Below are positions 33,607 through 42,959 of a DNA stretch of 46,647 nucleotides, in pieces (the stretch's first letter is position 1; every line of letters begins with the position of its first letter). A model generated the notes under the pieces. The model had not been told where the DNA came from. It searched no databases and was given only the letters and a program-made list of their open reading frames with translations. The position numbers and the translations under genes were made by a program. Source of the DNA: Anaerolineae bacterium (lineage in GTDB: Bacteria; Chloroflexota; Anaerolineae; JAAYZQ01); contig DAOTYI010000280.1 of assembly GCA_034434895.1 (NCBI GenBank), positions 1-46,647 of the forward strand, read 5' to 3'.

Positions 33607-35151
33607 ATGGAAGAAGAAGGGCTGGGGCGATTCCTGCGCCGCTCGACGACGGTGACGCTGTTCACTGCGCTGGGCGTGGTTGCCGGCTTTGTGGTAGACC
33701 TGTTGATCGTCGCCCGCTTTGGCGTGGGGATCGCGACCGATGCCTTTTTCGCCGCCTATACCCTGCCCTTTATCCTGGTCACCACCCTGGCGGCCATCCA
33801 GCCGGTGCTGGTCACCGTCCTGAGCGGATGCCGGGGCGACGACACAGCTTTCGGCGCTCTATTGAACCTGGTCGGGTTGGCAGCCCTGATGGTGACGGTG
33901 GGGGGGATGGTGGCTGCCCGGCCGCTCATCGCCGTCACGGCGCCTGGCTTTGGCCCGGACCAGGCTTCCCTGGCAGCGCATCTGGCGCGTATCCTCTTCC
34001 TGCGGGTGCTGCTGGCTGCGGTGAGCGAGGTGTGCCGGGCCGGGTTCTACGCCCGGCAGCGGTTTGCCCTGGCGGCGTTCAGCAGTGCCCTGCCCGGTCT
34101 GGTGGCCGCTCTCCTGTTGGCCGTTGTCCGGCGGGCCGGGGACGAGGGGGTCGGGGTGGTTGCCTGGAGCCTGGTGATCGGGTCGTTGCTCCAGGCGGTG
34201 CTTCTGGTTGGGGTGCTGTTTGCCCGGCTGCGGGTGCCCTACCGCCCTGGGCCGGGTTGCTCCAGGCTGGTATTGCACCAGGTGGCGGTGCTGGTCCCGG
34301 CGCCGCTGGCCGGCCTGCTGCTGCGCCAGGGGGTGGTCCTGGCCGAGCGGCTCCTCGGTTCCTACCTGCCGGCGGGCAGCCTGACGGCGTTGAGCTATGC
34401 CAACCGCCTGACCATGATCGCCGCCGGCATCCTGTTCGACGGCCCGACCACGGTGGCGTTGCCCTCGCTGGCGGCCCTGTGGAGCGAGGGGCGGGGGGAG
34501 GCCGCCCGCGCCGGGTTGAGCCGGCTCCTCAGGCTGATAGCGACCGTGGCTCTGCCGGCCGGGCTGGGCCTGGCTGCCCTGAGCACCCCCCTGGTCCGCC
34601 TTTTTTTTGAACGCGGCCAGGTGGATCACCAGGCAGCCCTGCTGCTGGGCACAGTGCTGGGAGTCTATGCCCTGAGCCTGCCTTTCATCGGGCCGTATCG
34701 TGCCGTCCAGACCTTCTCCTATGCCATCCAGCGGCCCTGGCCGGTGGTGTTTCTTCACGGCGGGCTATCGGCCCTGGCGGTGGCGCTGGACCTGGCCCTG
34801 GTCGGGCCGCTGGGGGTGACCGGTCTGGCATGGGGGTTTGTGCTGGGCAGCAGCCTGATCGCAATGGTTGGGCTGGTGTGGATGATCCGCCGGGCAGGAG
34901 ATGTCGGCTGGCGGGCGTTGAGCACCTGGACGTGGCGGCTGGGGCTGGCTTCTGCGGCGATGGCGGCGGTGATGTGGGGTGTGAGCCGCTGGCTGGGAGC
35001 GGCGGACGCGGGAACCGGCTTGTGGAGGCTGCTGTTCATCCTGGCGGTGAGTGGGCTGGCCGGCCTTCTTTCCTTTCTTGGGCTGGGAGCGATCTTGCGC
35101 CTGGAGGTGATCTCGATGATGTGGAACCGCCTCAAGGTGGCCAGGAGTTAA
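33607..35151 (+). CDS. MurJ/MviN-family (MOP superfamily) lipid-linked oligosaccharide flippase
   Basis: About 514 aa, about 14 helices. The N-terminus LGVVAGFVVDLLIVARFGVGIATDAFFAAYTLPFIL parallels the MurJ signature (LGFxRdxxxAxxFGxxxxtDAFxxAfxlP). ATG 33607 is preferred; TTG 33574 is possible. Confidence 0.8.
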   Translation: MEEEGLGRFLRRSTTVTLFTALGVVAGFVVDLLIVARFGVGIATDAFFAAYTLPFILVTTLAAIQPVLVTVLSGCRGDDTAFGALLNLVGLAALMVTVGGMVAARPLIAVTAPGFGPDQASLAAHLARILFLRVLLAAVSEVCRAGFYARQRFALAAFSSALPGLVAALLLAVVRRAGDEGVGVVAWSLVIGSLLQAVLLVGVLFARLRVPYRPGPGCSRLVLHQVAVLVPAPLAGLLLRQGVVLAERLLGSYLPAGSLTALSYANRLTMIAAGILFDGPTTVALPSLAALWSEGRGEAARAGLSRLLRLIATVALPAGLGLAALSTPLVRLFFERGQVDHQAALLLGTVLGVYALSLPFIGPYRAVQTFSYAIQRPWPVVFLHGGLSALAVALDLALVGPLGVTGLAWGFVLGSSLIAMVGLVWMIRRAGDVGWRALSTWTWRLGLASAAMAAVMWGVSRWLGAADAGTGLWRLLFILAVSGLAGLLSFLGLGAILRLEVISMMWNRLKVARS

Positions 35152-35174
35152 TTGTCCCCAGATCGAGGGCCTGA

Positions 35175-36809
35175 ATGGGAGCCAATAGGACCACTACCCA
35201 ATCTCCAATACCCCATGCCCGCCTCTTGATCCTTGGCCTGGACGGGTTGTGCTGGCCGCTTCTGGAGCCGTTGCTGGCAGCGGGGATCATGCCCTGTCTG
35301 GCGCGCCTGCGGGATGAGGGGGCGTGGGGGCCGTTGACCTCGGTGGTGCCCACTCACTCGGCTGCGGCGTGGGCCTCGTTCCTCACCGGACAGAATCCGG
35401 CCCGCCACGGCATCACCGATTTTATGGTCCGCCAGCCGGACGGCACCTACCGCCACGCCAGGCCCCACCCGGCGACAACCCTGTGGCACCATCTGGGGCG
35501 TGGCGGTCTGCGGGTCGGCGCTTTCAACTTTCCGGTCAGCTATCCGCCCGAACCGGTGAACGGCTTTCTGGTGTCGGGCATGCTCACACCCAGGGGACGG
35601 ACCTTCACCTATCCGCCGGAGCTGGGAGAGGAACTGCTGAGCCGCTTCGCTGACTACCGTTTCGACCTGGAATGGCAGCTCTACTGTGGCCGGGAGAGGG
35701 CACTGCTGCGCGATCTGACGGCCATGACCGGGCAGCGGGCCGAGGTCGCCTGCTTTCTGCGCGATCGCTACGCGCCCGATTGCCTGGCCGTGGCCTTTAT
35801 CGGGCCGGATCGGCTGCAACATGCGCTGTGGCACCATCTGGACCCAACCCATCCCCGCCACGACCCGGTCCAGGCGGCAGCGTTGCGCGACGCTATCTAT
35901 GGCTTTTACACGGCGCTGGACCAGGCAGTGGGCCGTCTGGTAGCGGACGCCGGCCCTGAGACGACAGTCCTGGTCCTGTCGGACCACGGTTTTCAGGCAG
36001 CAGCCCGACAGTTCCGCGCCGACGAGTGGCTGGCCGGGCATGGCTGGCTGGCCTTTCAAGCAAGTCGCTCCCGCCTGGAACAGTGGGTGCGCCGGCTGGA
36101 TAGGCCCTGGGTGCAGCATCTGCGGCGGCGACTGGTGAAAGACGTTTCACGTCATTTCAAGTCATTTCAGCCTGGTGGTACCCTCGACTGGTCGCGGACC
36201 GTCGCCTTTTGCCCGTGGAATGCCCAGCAGGGCATCCGCCTCAACCTGCGTGGCCGGGAACCACAGGGCATTGTCGCGCCGGGTGCCGGCTATGACCGGC
36301 TGCGGGAAGAGATCCGCCAGGCCTTGCTGGAGACGACGGAGCCACAGACCGGCCTGCGGGTGATAGACCGAGTGTGGCGGCGGGAGGAGCTGTACAGCGG
36401 GCCGTTCCTGGGGGAGATGCCCGATCTGGTCTTTACCCTGCGCCCTCCCTTTTCAGCCAGCCCGGTGCAACAGCGGCTATGGGCCGATACCGGCTGGGCG
36501 TCGGGCGACCACAGCCTGGAGGGGATGTTCATCGCCTGGGGGCGGGGGGTGGTTCCGGGCCGGGTGGAAAACGCGGCGCTGGTGGACGTGGCCCCTACGG
36601 CCCTGTATCTGATGGGCCGGCCGGTGCCTGCGGCGATGGATGGGCGGGTGTTGACCGCGATGCTGGACCCTGCGTTCCTGGGGGCCAATCCGCCGTGCCG
36701 GGAGGAGGGAGCGCAACCTGTGTCAGGGGCGATCTCCGCCGGTCAGGTGCTGACGCCGGAAGAGGAAGTTGAGCTTCAGGCGCGGTTGCGGGGGTTGGGG
36801 TATCTATGA
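35175..36809 (+). CDS. alkaline-phosphatase-superfamily protein, type I phosphodiesterase/NPP family (paralog 4, dispersed)
   Basis: LILGLDGLCW, VVPTHSAAAWASFLTG (Ser at the nucleophile position) and VLSDHGFQ. Tail PEEEVELQARLRGLGYL. Confidence 0.78.
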   Translation: MGANRTTTQSPIPHARLLILGLDGLCWPLLEPLLAAGIMPCLARLRDEGAWGPLTSVVPTHSAAAWASFLTGQNPARHGITDFMVRQPDGTYRHARPHPATTLWHHLGRGGLRVGAFNFPVSYPPEPVNGFLVSGMLTPRGRTFTYPPELGEELLSRFADYRFDLEWQLYCGRERALLRDLTAMTGQRAEVACFLRDRYAPDCLAVAFIGPDRLQHALWHHLDPTHPRHDPVQAAALRDAIYGFYTALDQAVGRLVADAGPETTVLVLSDHGFQAAARQFRADEWLAGHGWLAFQASRSRLEQWVRRLDRPWVQHLRRRLVKDVSRHFKSFQPGGTLDWSRTVAFCPWNAQQGIRLNLRGREPQGIVAPGAGYDRLREEIRQALLETTEPQTGLRVIDRVWRREELYSGPFLGEMPDLVFTLRPPFSASPVQQRLWADTGWASGDHSLEGMFIAWGRGVVPGRVENAALVDVAPTALYLMGRPVPAAMDGRVLTAMLDPAFLGANPPCREEGAQPVSGAISAGQVLTPEEEVELQARLRGLGYL

Positions 36810-38176
36810 GGAACCCGGTGCGGTTGGGCTGTGTGCGCTGGCCAGGTGTGTGGCCGTGGGTTCTGTTGGCCCTTGTGCTTTTTGTCGGCATGGGGGTTGC
36901 TGCTTTCCTGCTGCCCCCTATGCTGTTCGTGGCGCTCCTGGCTGGCGGGGGGGTCGTCCTGGCCTGGCTGCTGCTGCCTGAACTGGTCATCATGGCGCTG
37001 CTGCTGCTGCGCAGCAGTGTGGATGGCTTGATGGATCTGTTCACCCTCTTTGCCGGGTCGCCGTTGAGCATGAACCTGGCCGGCGCGGTCAATAGTCTGG
37101 CCGTGGGGTTGGGGTTGCTGGCCCTGGTGCGGCGGTTGGTGCGGCGGCAGCCCCCCCTGGTGGCGGGGCCGGGCTGGACCTACGCCCTCTTTTTACTGGT
37201 ATGCCTGGCCTCCATCCCCGGCGCGGTGGACCCGGCCGTCAGTGTCAAGGAATGGGCACGGCTGGCGAGCGCCCTGGCCATCTATTTGATGGTTGCCGAT
37301 GTGGTCCATGACGAGCGGGGAGCCCGGCGCTTTCTGGTCATCCTCTTTGCCTCGTCGTTCGTTCCGTTGCTGACGGCCTGGCTGCAATGGCTGACCGGCA
37401 GCGGCTACTTTTTTCTGGGGGCGGTCGGCACCCCGTTTGCCTACCGGCCGCAGGGGACCTTTGGCCATCCGGCGGCGCTGGGTTCCTACCTGGTTATCCT
37501 GCTGACCTTGGCGACGGCCGTCTATTTTTCCACAGGGGCGGTCCGGTTGCGGGCGGCGTTGCTGGCCTGGGCCGGGGTAGCCGGGGGGGCTTTGGTGTTG
37601 ACCCTGGCCCGCACCCAGTGGCTGGGGATGATGGTGGCCACGCTGGGGATCGGGCTGGTGAAACGGCGGCGGCTGGCACTGCTGACCCTGGCCCTGGCCC
37701 TGTTGCTGCTGGCGGCAGTGCCCCTGCTGCGCGAGCGGCTGACATCCTCCGAGTCGCTGGACTGGCGGCGCGATCTGTGGCAGGTCTCGGCCGGCCTGGC
37801 CTGGCCGCCGACGCCGCTGGGCCGCGGGCTGGGTACCTCCCCCTTTTACATCAACCTGTTTTTGCCCCATGTGGATGCCCCCCCCCATAATGATTACTTG
37901 AGGGTGGGCGTCGAACTGGGCTGGCTGGGCTGGCTGACCTACAGCGCCTGGCTGCTGGCCCTGATGCGCCATGCCTGGCGGGCCTATCGTCGTGCTCAGG
38001 AGCCGGCCCTTGCCTGGCGGGCGTTGGGATTGTCGGCTATTGTCATGGCCGGCGCCGTGATGAGCCTGTCCGACAACTATCTGGGCTATACAGCCGTGCA
38101 GTGGTACTTGTGGGCACTGATAGCGCTGGTACCAGCCGCAGGTGAGTGGAGACCTGACATTCCAAGAGATATCTGA
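36806..38176 (+). CDS. O-antigen ligase/polymerase family membrane protein (Wzy_C-like)
   Basis: 456 aa, polytopic. LARTQWLGMMVA followed by a PHNDYLRVGVELGWLGWL loop (H-N-x-Y-L...E-x-G motif of the Wzy_C/O-antigen ligase family). ATGA overlap with paralog 4. Confidence 0.8.
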   Translation: MRNPVRLGCVRWPGVWPWVLLALVLFVGMGVAAFLLPPMLFVALLAGGGVVLAWLLLPELVIMALLLLRSSVDGLMDLFTLFAGSPLSMNLAGAVNSLAVGLGLLALVRRLVRRQPPLVAGPGWTYALFLLVCLASIPGAVDPAVSVKEWARLASALAIYLMVADVVHDERGARRFLVILFASSFVPLLTAWLQWLTGSGYFFLGAVGTPFAYRPQGTFGHPAALGSYLVILLTLATAVYFSTGAVRLRAALLAWAGVAGGALVLTLARTQWLGMMVATLGIGLVKRRRLALLTLALALLLLAAVPLLRERLTSSESLDWRRDLWQVSAGLAWPPTPLGRGLGTSPFYINLFLPHVDAPPHNDYLRVGVELGWLGWLTYSAWLLALMRHAWRAYRRAQEPALAWRALGLSAIVMAGAVMSLSDNYLGYTAVQWYLWALIALVPAAGEWRPDIPRDI

Positions 38177-38222
38177 TGGAAAACGGCTCTCTCGCCAGAA
38201 TTGACGTGGGAACAAAGTACCA

Positions 38223-38251
38223 TTGACTGGTCTTTGAGCTGCCTCTATAAT
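38223..38251 (+). promoter_or_regulatory. consensus sigma-70-type promoter (TTGACT-17 nt-TATAAT) upstream of the beta-helix gene
   Basis: TTGACT at 38223..38228, a 17-nt spacer, TATAAT at 38246..38251. AAGGAGG SD before the ATG at 38311. Confidence 0.55.
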
Positions 38252-38310
38252 ACCTGGTAGAGGATGTCCCTGTCTGATGGCAGGGGATAACCGGGTATCA
38301 AGGAGGCAAT

Positions 38311-41300
38311 ATGGCGAGAGATCGACACAGCTTGTTAGCTCCCGCCGCCTGTGTCGTCGGTTTTATTCTCATTGTGACGGGAGCTTTCTCCATCCGCGCT
38401 GCGGCCGAGGGGCCGGGCCGGGTCGTTTCTACGGTGGATGGCACGCCGATCTGCGGGAGTACCGGCACACATTGGACCCTGGATGGCAGCCCCTACCTTG
38501 TCAACTGCAATGCCGAGATAGATGCAGGTACAGAATTGACCATTGACCCAGGGGTGGTTGTTCGTTTCGCCACCGGCACCCAGTTGATCGTCTATGGGGG
38601 CCTGCAGGCAGTGGGCACGGCCGGGCAGCCGATTCTGTTCACTTCTGCCCAGCCTGTCCCGGCTCCCGGCGATTGGGTGCGGGTGTGGTTCCCTGCCGGC
38701 CACGGCCCCTCACGTTTGCAGGATGTTGTGGTCGAGTATGCGGGTGGCTCCAATTGTCCCGCCATCCAGGTGGACGATGGACCGTTGCCTGTCCTGCTTG
38801 ACAACACCTTTAAGAACAACCGGGGACCGGCCGTCCAGGCGTTTCTGGAGCATGGCCTGGGGCAACCGGGCCAGATTGCCGGCAACCGGGGATCGGGCAA
38901 TGGGATCAACGGCATCCGCCTCCTGGGGACGGTGGACAGCGACCTCAGCCTGGGGGCCAATGAGGGACTGGCCTACTATACTACCGATTCTACCCTGACC
39001 GTCACGGCCGGGCACAGGCTGACGCTGGCTCCCGGTGCCGTCTACAAATTGAGCAACGGCCTTCTTGAAATCCGGGGCGGAGTATTGGAGGCGTCAGGAA
39101 CGGCCGGGAATCCGATCGTGTTCACCTCGTTAAAGGATGACACCTGGGGGGGCGATACCAATGCCGATGGCAACGCCACTCAGCCGGTGCCGGGCGATTG
39201 GTGGCGTATCTATCTGGCCGAGGGGGGAAGCGCCGATCTGGAGCAGGTGCTGATCTACTACGGCGGACGCAGTACCGTGAATGCCATAGATGCCGAAGAT
39301 TCGGCCCTGACGGTCAGGGACAGCCAGGTGCGGCACAGCGCTAACGCCGGCATCGGCAGTCGCAATACAGCCCTCACCGTCACCGGCTCCCAGATCGGCA
39401 ACAACGGGGGCGATGGGCTGCACTTTTACACAGAGATCGCCGGCCAGTCCCCCGTCGTGCAGAACAACACGCTGACCGGCAATGGCGGCAATGCCCTGTA
39501 CTTCCGCTCGACCGGGTCCGCGGTTATTGACCTGGTGGTGGAAGGCAACACCGGGAGTGGCAACGGCCTCAACGGCATTCTGCTGGATGTGGTGCTGGGC
39601 AACGCCACGCTGAAGGACAACCCTGGGCTGCCCTATGTGGTTTATTCCCTGGATACGGTTGCCGGGACGACGCTGACCGTCGAAGCCGGGGTGATCTTCA
39701 AGGCCGATCTGGAGCATTCGGCCCCGGGCAGCAAGATCATGGTTTACGGCAATCTGTGGATCAAGGGACAGGAGGACAACCCGGTGGTGTTCACCTCGTT
39801 GAAGGACGATAGCTACGGCGGCGATACCAACGCCGATGGCAAGGCCACTCAACCGGCGCCAGGCGACTGGCGGGGGATCAGCCTGGTCGCTTCACCTCAA
39901 CGCCCGCCGGCTGCCTATACCGTCTACCTGCCCGTTGTGGTCAGGCAGGGATCGGCCGGCAGCATGGCCCTCCCCGGCCTGGTGCAACCTGTTGTTGCCG
40001 GGCGTGTCGGCCCTGCAGCTTTGACCGCCTCGATGGACTATGTAGTTGTGCGCTATGCGGGCTACGATGTGGCCAACCTGGAGCTATTTGGTGGGCAGGT
40101 TGAGATTCGCCATGCAACGATCGGCCACAGTATGAAGCGCGGGATCAATGCCGAAGATGTGCAACTGCGCCTGGAGGATTCGACGATTCACAACAATGGG
40201 ACGATCGGCCTGTGGCTCTATGGCAACAAGACGCCCATCGCCCCGGTTCTGGTGGGCAATGGCTTCAACCGTAATGGTACATACGCCGTCTATCTGATTT
40301 TCAACGGCGATGGCTGTCATTCCGGCACCGAGATACACGGCAACAGGGCGTCGGATAACGGCCAGGTGAACGGCATCTATGTGGAGGGCAGTGTGCACAC
40401 CCCTTTGGGCTGTCACCTGGAGCCCAACCCGCAGACGCCCTATGTGGTGTGGACGATCGGCGTCTATGAAAATGGCCGGCTGGTGTTTGCCCCTGGCACC
40501 GAGGTCAAGTTCGTGGCCCCCACCTTCCAGCGGGGGACCGGGACGCTGATCATCACCGGTACCCTGGAGGCGCGGGGCACGGCCGAGACACCGATCGCCT
40601 TTACCTCTTTCTGGGATGACAGCCTCGGCGGCGACACCAATGGGGATGGGAGTGCTTCGCAACCTCTCCCTGGCGATTGGATCGGCCTGGTGGCGCGGCA
40701 GGGTTCGCAATTGATCCTGGACCATGCCATCATCCGCTATGCCGGCTCAGGCGGAGCGGGCCTGTCAACGACCGACTCTTCTCTGCAGATGACAAATAGC
40801 GAGATCTCGTCCAGTGCGGGCAGGGGCCTGGGCATCCTGATGAAAGGCTCCCCTGTGTGGCCCGTCGTCCGTGACAACACCTTCCACCACAACGGGAATT
40901 ATGCAGTGACACTGCGGTCCGACGGGGCAGCGCAGGCGCGCTTTGAGTTTGAGGGCAACACCGGTTCGGGCAACGGTGTCAACGGCATTCTGCTCGATGC
41001 GACGCTGGACACGATGACGGTGAGCCCCAACCCTATGTTGCCCTACGTCATCCAAATGGTGAGGGTGGCCCGGGGCAAGACTGTGACGGTGGAAGGGGGT
41101 GTGGTGTTCAAAGGGTCTCAGGACTATTCGGGTGGAGGCAGCCTTTTCGCGGTGGATGGCATCTTGCGGATTCAGGGCAGCGCCGACAACCTGGTGCACC
41201 TGACATCGCTCTATCATGATGCGGTTGGCGGCGACACCCTGGGCGACGGGGGGGCCACGCAGCCGGCGCCAGGCGATTGGCGGGGCATCAATGTCAACGC

Positions 41301-41730
41301 TGGTGGACAGGCCCTTCTGTCTTACGTGACGTTGCGCTACGCCGGCTCCGACGACGTGGGCCTGCTCAACAGCGGGGGCCAGGTGACGCTAGAGCACTGC
41401 TACGTCGGCTACAACGCGGGCAACGGCATCGGCAACCTGCCTGGCGGGGTGCTCACCGTGAGCGACTGCGTGCTTGTCCACAACACCGGCCATGGCCTGG
41501 GCAATGGCGGGCAGGCCAGTGTTTCCTATTGTGACATTGCCGACAATGGACAGTATGGGGTTTATTCCTACGCCGAGGGGTTTATGCCTGCTGAGAACAA
41601 CTACTGGGGCTCATCTGCAGGGCCAGCCTGGGACCAGAACTATTGTCCTGACCCACCTTCTGGCAACGGGGACCTGGTCTCGTGCCACAGCGTGGACTAT
41701 AAGCCGTTTGCGACAAAGCCGTATCACTGA
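38311..41730 (+). CDS. secreted or anchored right-handed parallel beta-helix repeat protein, internally 4-5-fold modular
   Basis: N-terminal hydrophobic anchor or signal (LLAPAACVVGFILIVTGAFSIRAAA). Recurrent beta-helix turns (N.G.G...., GN.GSGNG.NGI.L). Five module ends of the form PI.FTS..DD..GGDTN.DG.AT.P.PGDW at 38638..38676 (short form), 39121..39201, 39790..39870, 40600..40680 and 41200..41280. Confidence 0.7.
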   Translation: MARDRHSLLAPAACVVGFILIVTGAFSIRAAAEGPGRVVSTVDGTPICGSTGTHWTLDGSPYLVNCNAEIDAGTELTIDPGVVVRFATGTQLIVYGGLQAVGTAGQPILFTSAQPVPAPGDWVRVWFPAGHGPSRLQDVVVEYAGGSNCPAIQVDDGPLPVLLDNTFKNNRGPAVQAFLEHGLGQPGQIAGNRGSGNGINGIRLLGTVDSDLSLGANEGLAYYTTDSTLTVTAGHRLTLAPGAVYKLSNGLLEIRGGVLEASGTAGNPIVFTSLKDDTWGGDTNADGNATQPVPGDWWRIYLAEGGSADLEQVLIYYGGRSTVNAIDAEDSALTVRDSQVRHSANAGIGSRNTALTVTGSQIGNNGGDGLHFYTEIAGQSPVVQNNTLTGNGGNALYFRSTGSAVIDLVVEGNTGSGNGLNGILLDVVLGNATLKDNPGLPYVVYSLDTVAGTTLTVEAGVIFKADLEHSAPGSKIMVYGNLWIKGQEDNPVVFTSLKDDSYGGDTNADGKATQPAPGDWRGISLVASPQRPPAAYTVYLPVVVRQGSAGSMALPGLVQPVVAGRVGPAALTASMDYVVVRYAGYDVANLELFGGQVEIRHATIGHSMKRGINAEDVQLRLEDSTIHNNGTIGLWLYGNKTPIAPVLVGNGFNRNGTYAVYLIFNGDGCHSGTEIHGNRASDNGQVNGIYVEGSVHTPLGCHLEPNPQTPYVVWTIGVYENGRLVFAPGTEVKFVAPTFQRGTGTLIITGTLEARGTAETPIAFTSFWDDSLGGDTNGDGSASQPLPGDWIGLVARQGSQLILDHAIIRYAGSGGAGLSTTDSSLQMTNSEISSSAGRGLGILMKGSPVWPVVRDNTFHHNGNYAVTLRSDGAAQARFEFEGNTGSGNGVNGILLDATLDTMTVSPNPMLPYVIQMVRVARGKTVTVEGGVVFKGSQDYSGGGSLFAVDGILRIQGSADNLVHLTSLYHDAVGGDTLGDGGATQPAPGDWRGINVNAGGQALLSYVTLRYAGSDDVGLLNSGGQVTLEHCYVGYNAGNGIGNLPGGVLTVSDCVLVHNTGHGLGNGGQASVSYCDIADNGQYGVYSYAEGFMPAENNYWGSSAGPAWDQNYCPDPPSGNGDLVSCHSVDYKPFATKPYH

Positions 41731-41798
41731 ACCTGGCCTCTATTCTGCTTCGGAAGAGAGCTTGAAAAGCGAGGCCGGCCCATCAACCCTCAAGGCCT

Positions 41799-42959
41799 AT
41801 GCGTGTAGTCATCGCCGGAGATTATCCGCAGAACCCTCCCAATCTGGTTGGGGGGATTCAGGCGGTCATCTATCACACGCTCCAACGCCTGGCCGACTCT
41901 GAGGACCTGGAGTTGCACGTGGTGAGCTGTGAAAAGCTGCATGCCCCTGTCCGGCTGGTCCAACGGGGCCGCTGGACGGTGCATTATCTGCCTTCATCGC
42001 CGCGCCTGCCCCATAGCCTGACGATGCTGACGGTGGACCGCCGGGCGGTGCGGAGGCAGATCGAGGCGCTGGCCCCGGACCTGGTCCACGCCCACGGCCA
42101 GGTTGCGGCCTACCCCTTTGCCGCGTTCGACACCGGGCGGCCCACAGTGGTGACCGTCCATGGCATCAATACCCTGGAAGCCCGGTTGGAGCTACGGGGA
42201 GGGGCGCTGAAGGGCCGGCTGCGGGTGGCGCTGTGGAGCTATGTCGAGCGGGCCTGCCTGCGCCGTGCTCGCCACATCATCGTCATCAGCCCGTTCGTGC
42301 AGCAGGTGATCGCTCCCCACACGCGGGCGCACCTGCACGTCGTCGAAAACCCGGTGGACGAAGCTCTCTTCCGGCTGGAGCCGGAGCCGAAGCCGGGCAA
42401 GGTACTGCTGGTCGGCTCGGTGCAGAAGCGCAAGGGCACGCTGGAGGCCGTCCAGGCCATGGCCCTGGTCCGCCAGCGGGTGCCGGAGGCCGAGCTGTAC
42501 GTGGCAGGTGCTTTTCTGCCGGCTTTCCGGGCCTACGGCGAGGAGGTGCGGCGCTACGTGGCCGGGATCGGCGCGGAAGGCTATGTGCACTTTCTGGGGT
42601 CACTGGACCACGACGCTCTGCTGGAGGCCTATCGCACCAGTCAGGTCTTTCTGTTCCCCTCCTACCTGGAGTCTTCACCGGTGGCCCTGGCCGAAGCGAT
42701 GGCGGCCGGGTTGCCCTCGGTGGTCAGCGACATCGGCGGCACGGCCCATCTGGTGGAAGAGGGGATGACCGGCTACCGGGTGCCAGCCGGCGATGTTGAG
42801 GCGTTGGCCGAACGCACCATCTCTCTGCTCCGGGATCGAGTTCTCTGTCGGCATTTGGGCCAGCGCGCCCGGCAATTTGCCCGGGAGCACTGCTCCGCTG
42901 AGGTGGCAGCGCGCAAAACCTGTGACCTGTACCGGCAGGTAGCCGCCTCGTCGCCATGA
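41799..42959 (+). CDS. glycosyltransferase family 4 (GT-B, group 1)
   Basis: FLFPSYLESSPVALAEAMAAGLPSVVSDIGGTAHLVEEGMTGYRV is the E-x7-E region of the GT4 family. Confidence 0.9.
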   Translation: MRVVIAGDYPQNPPNLVGGIQAVIYHTLQRLADSEDLELHVVSCEKLHAPVRLVQRGRWTVHYLPSSPRLPHSLTMLTVDRRAVRRQIEALAPDLVHAHGQVAAYPFAAFDTGRPTVVTVHGINTLEARLELRGGALKGRLRVALWSYVERACLRRARHIIVISPFVQQVIAPHTRAHLHVVENPVDEALFRLEPEPKPGKVLLVGSVQKRKGTLEAVQAMALVRQRVPEAELYVAGAFLPAFRAYGEEVRRYVAGIGAEGYVHFLGSLDHDALLEAYRTSQVFLFPSYLESSPVALAEAMAAGLPSVVSDIGGTAHLVEEGMTGYRVPAGDVEALAERTISLLRDRVLCRHLGQRARQFAREHCSAEVAARKTCDLYRQVAASSP

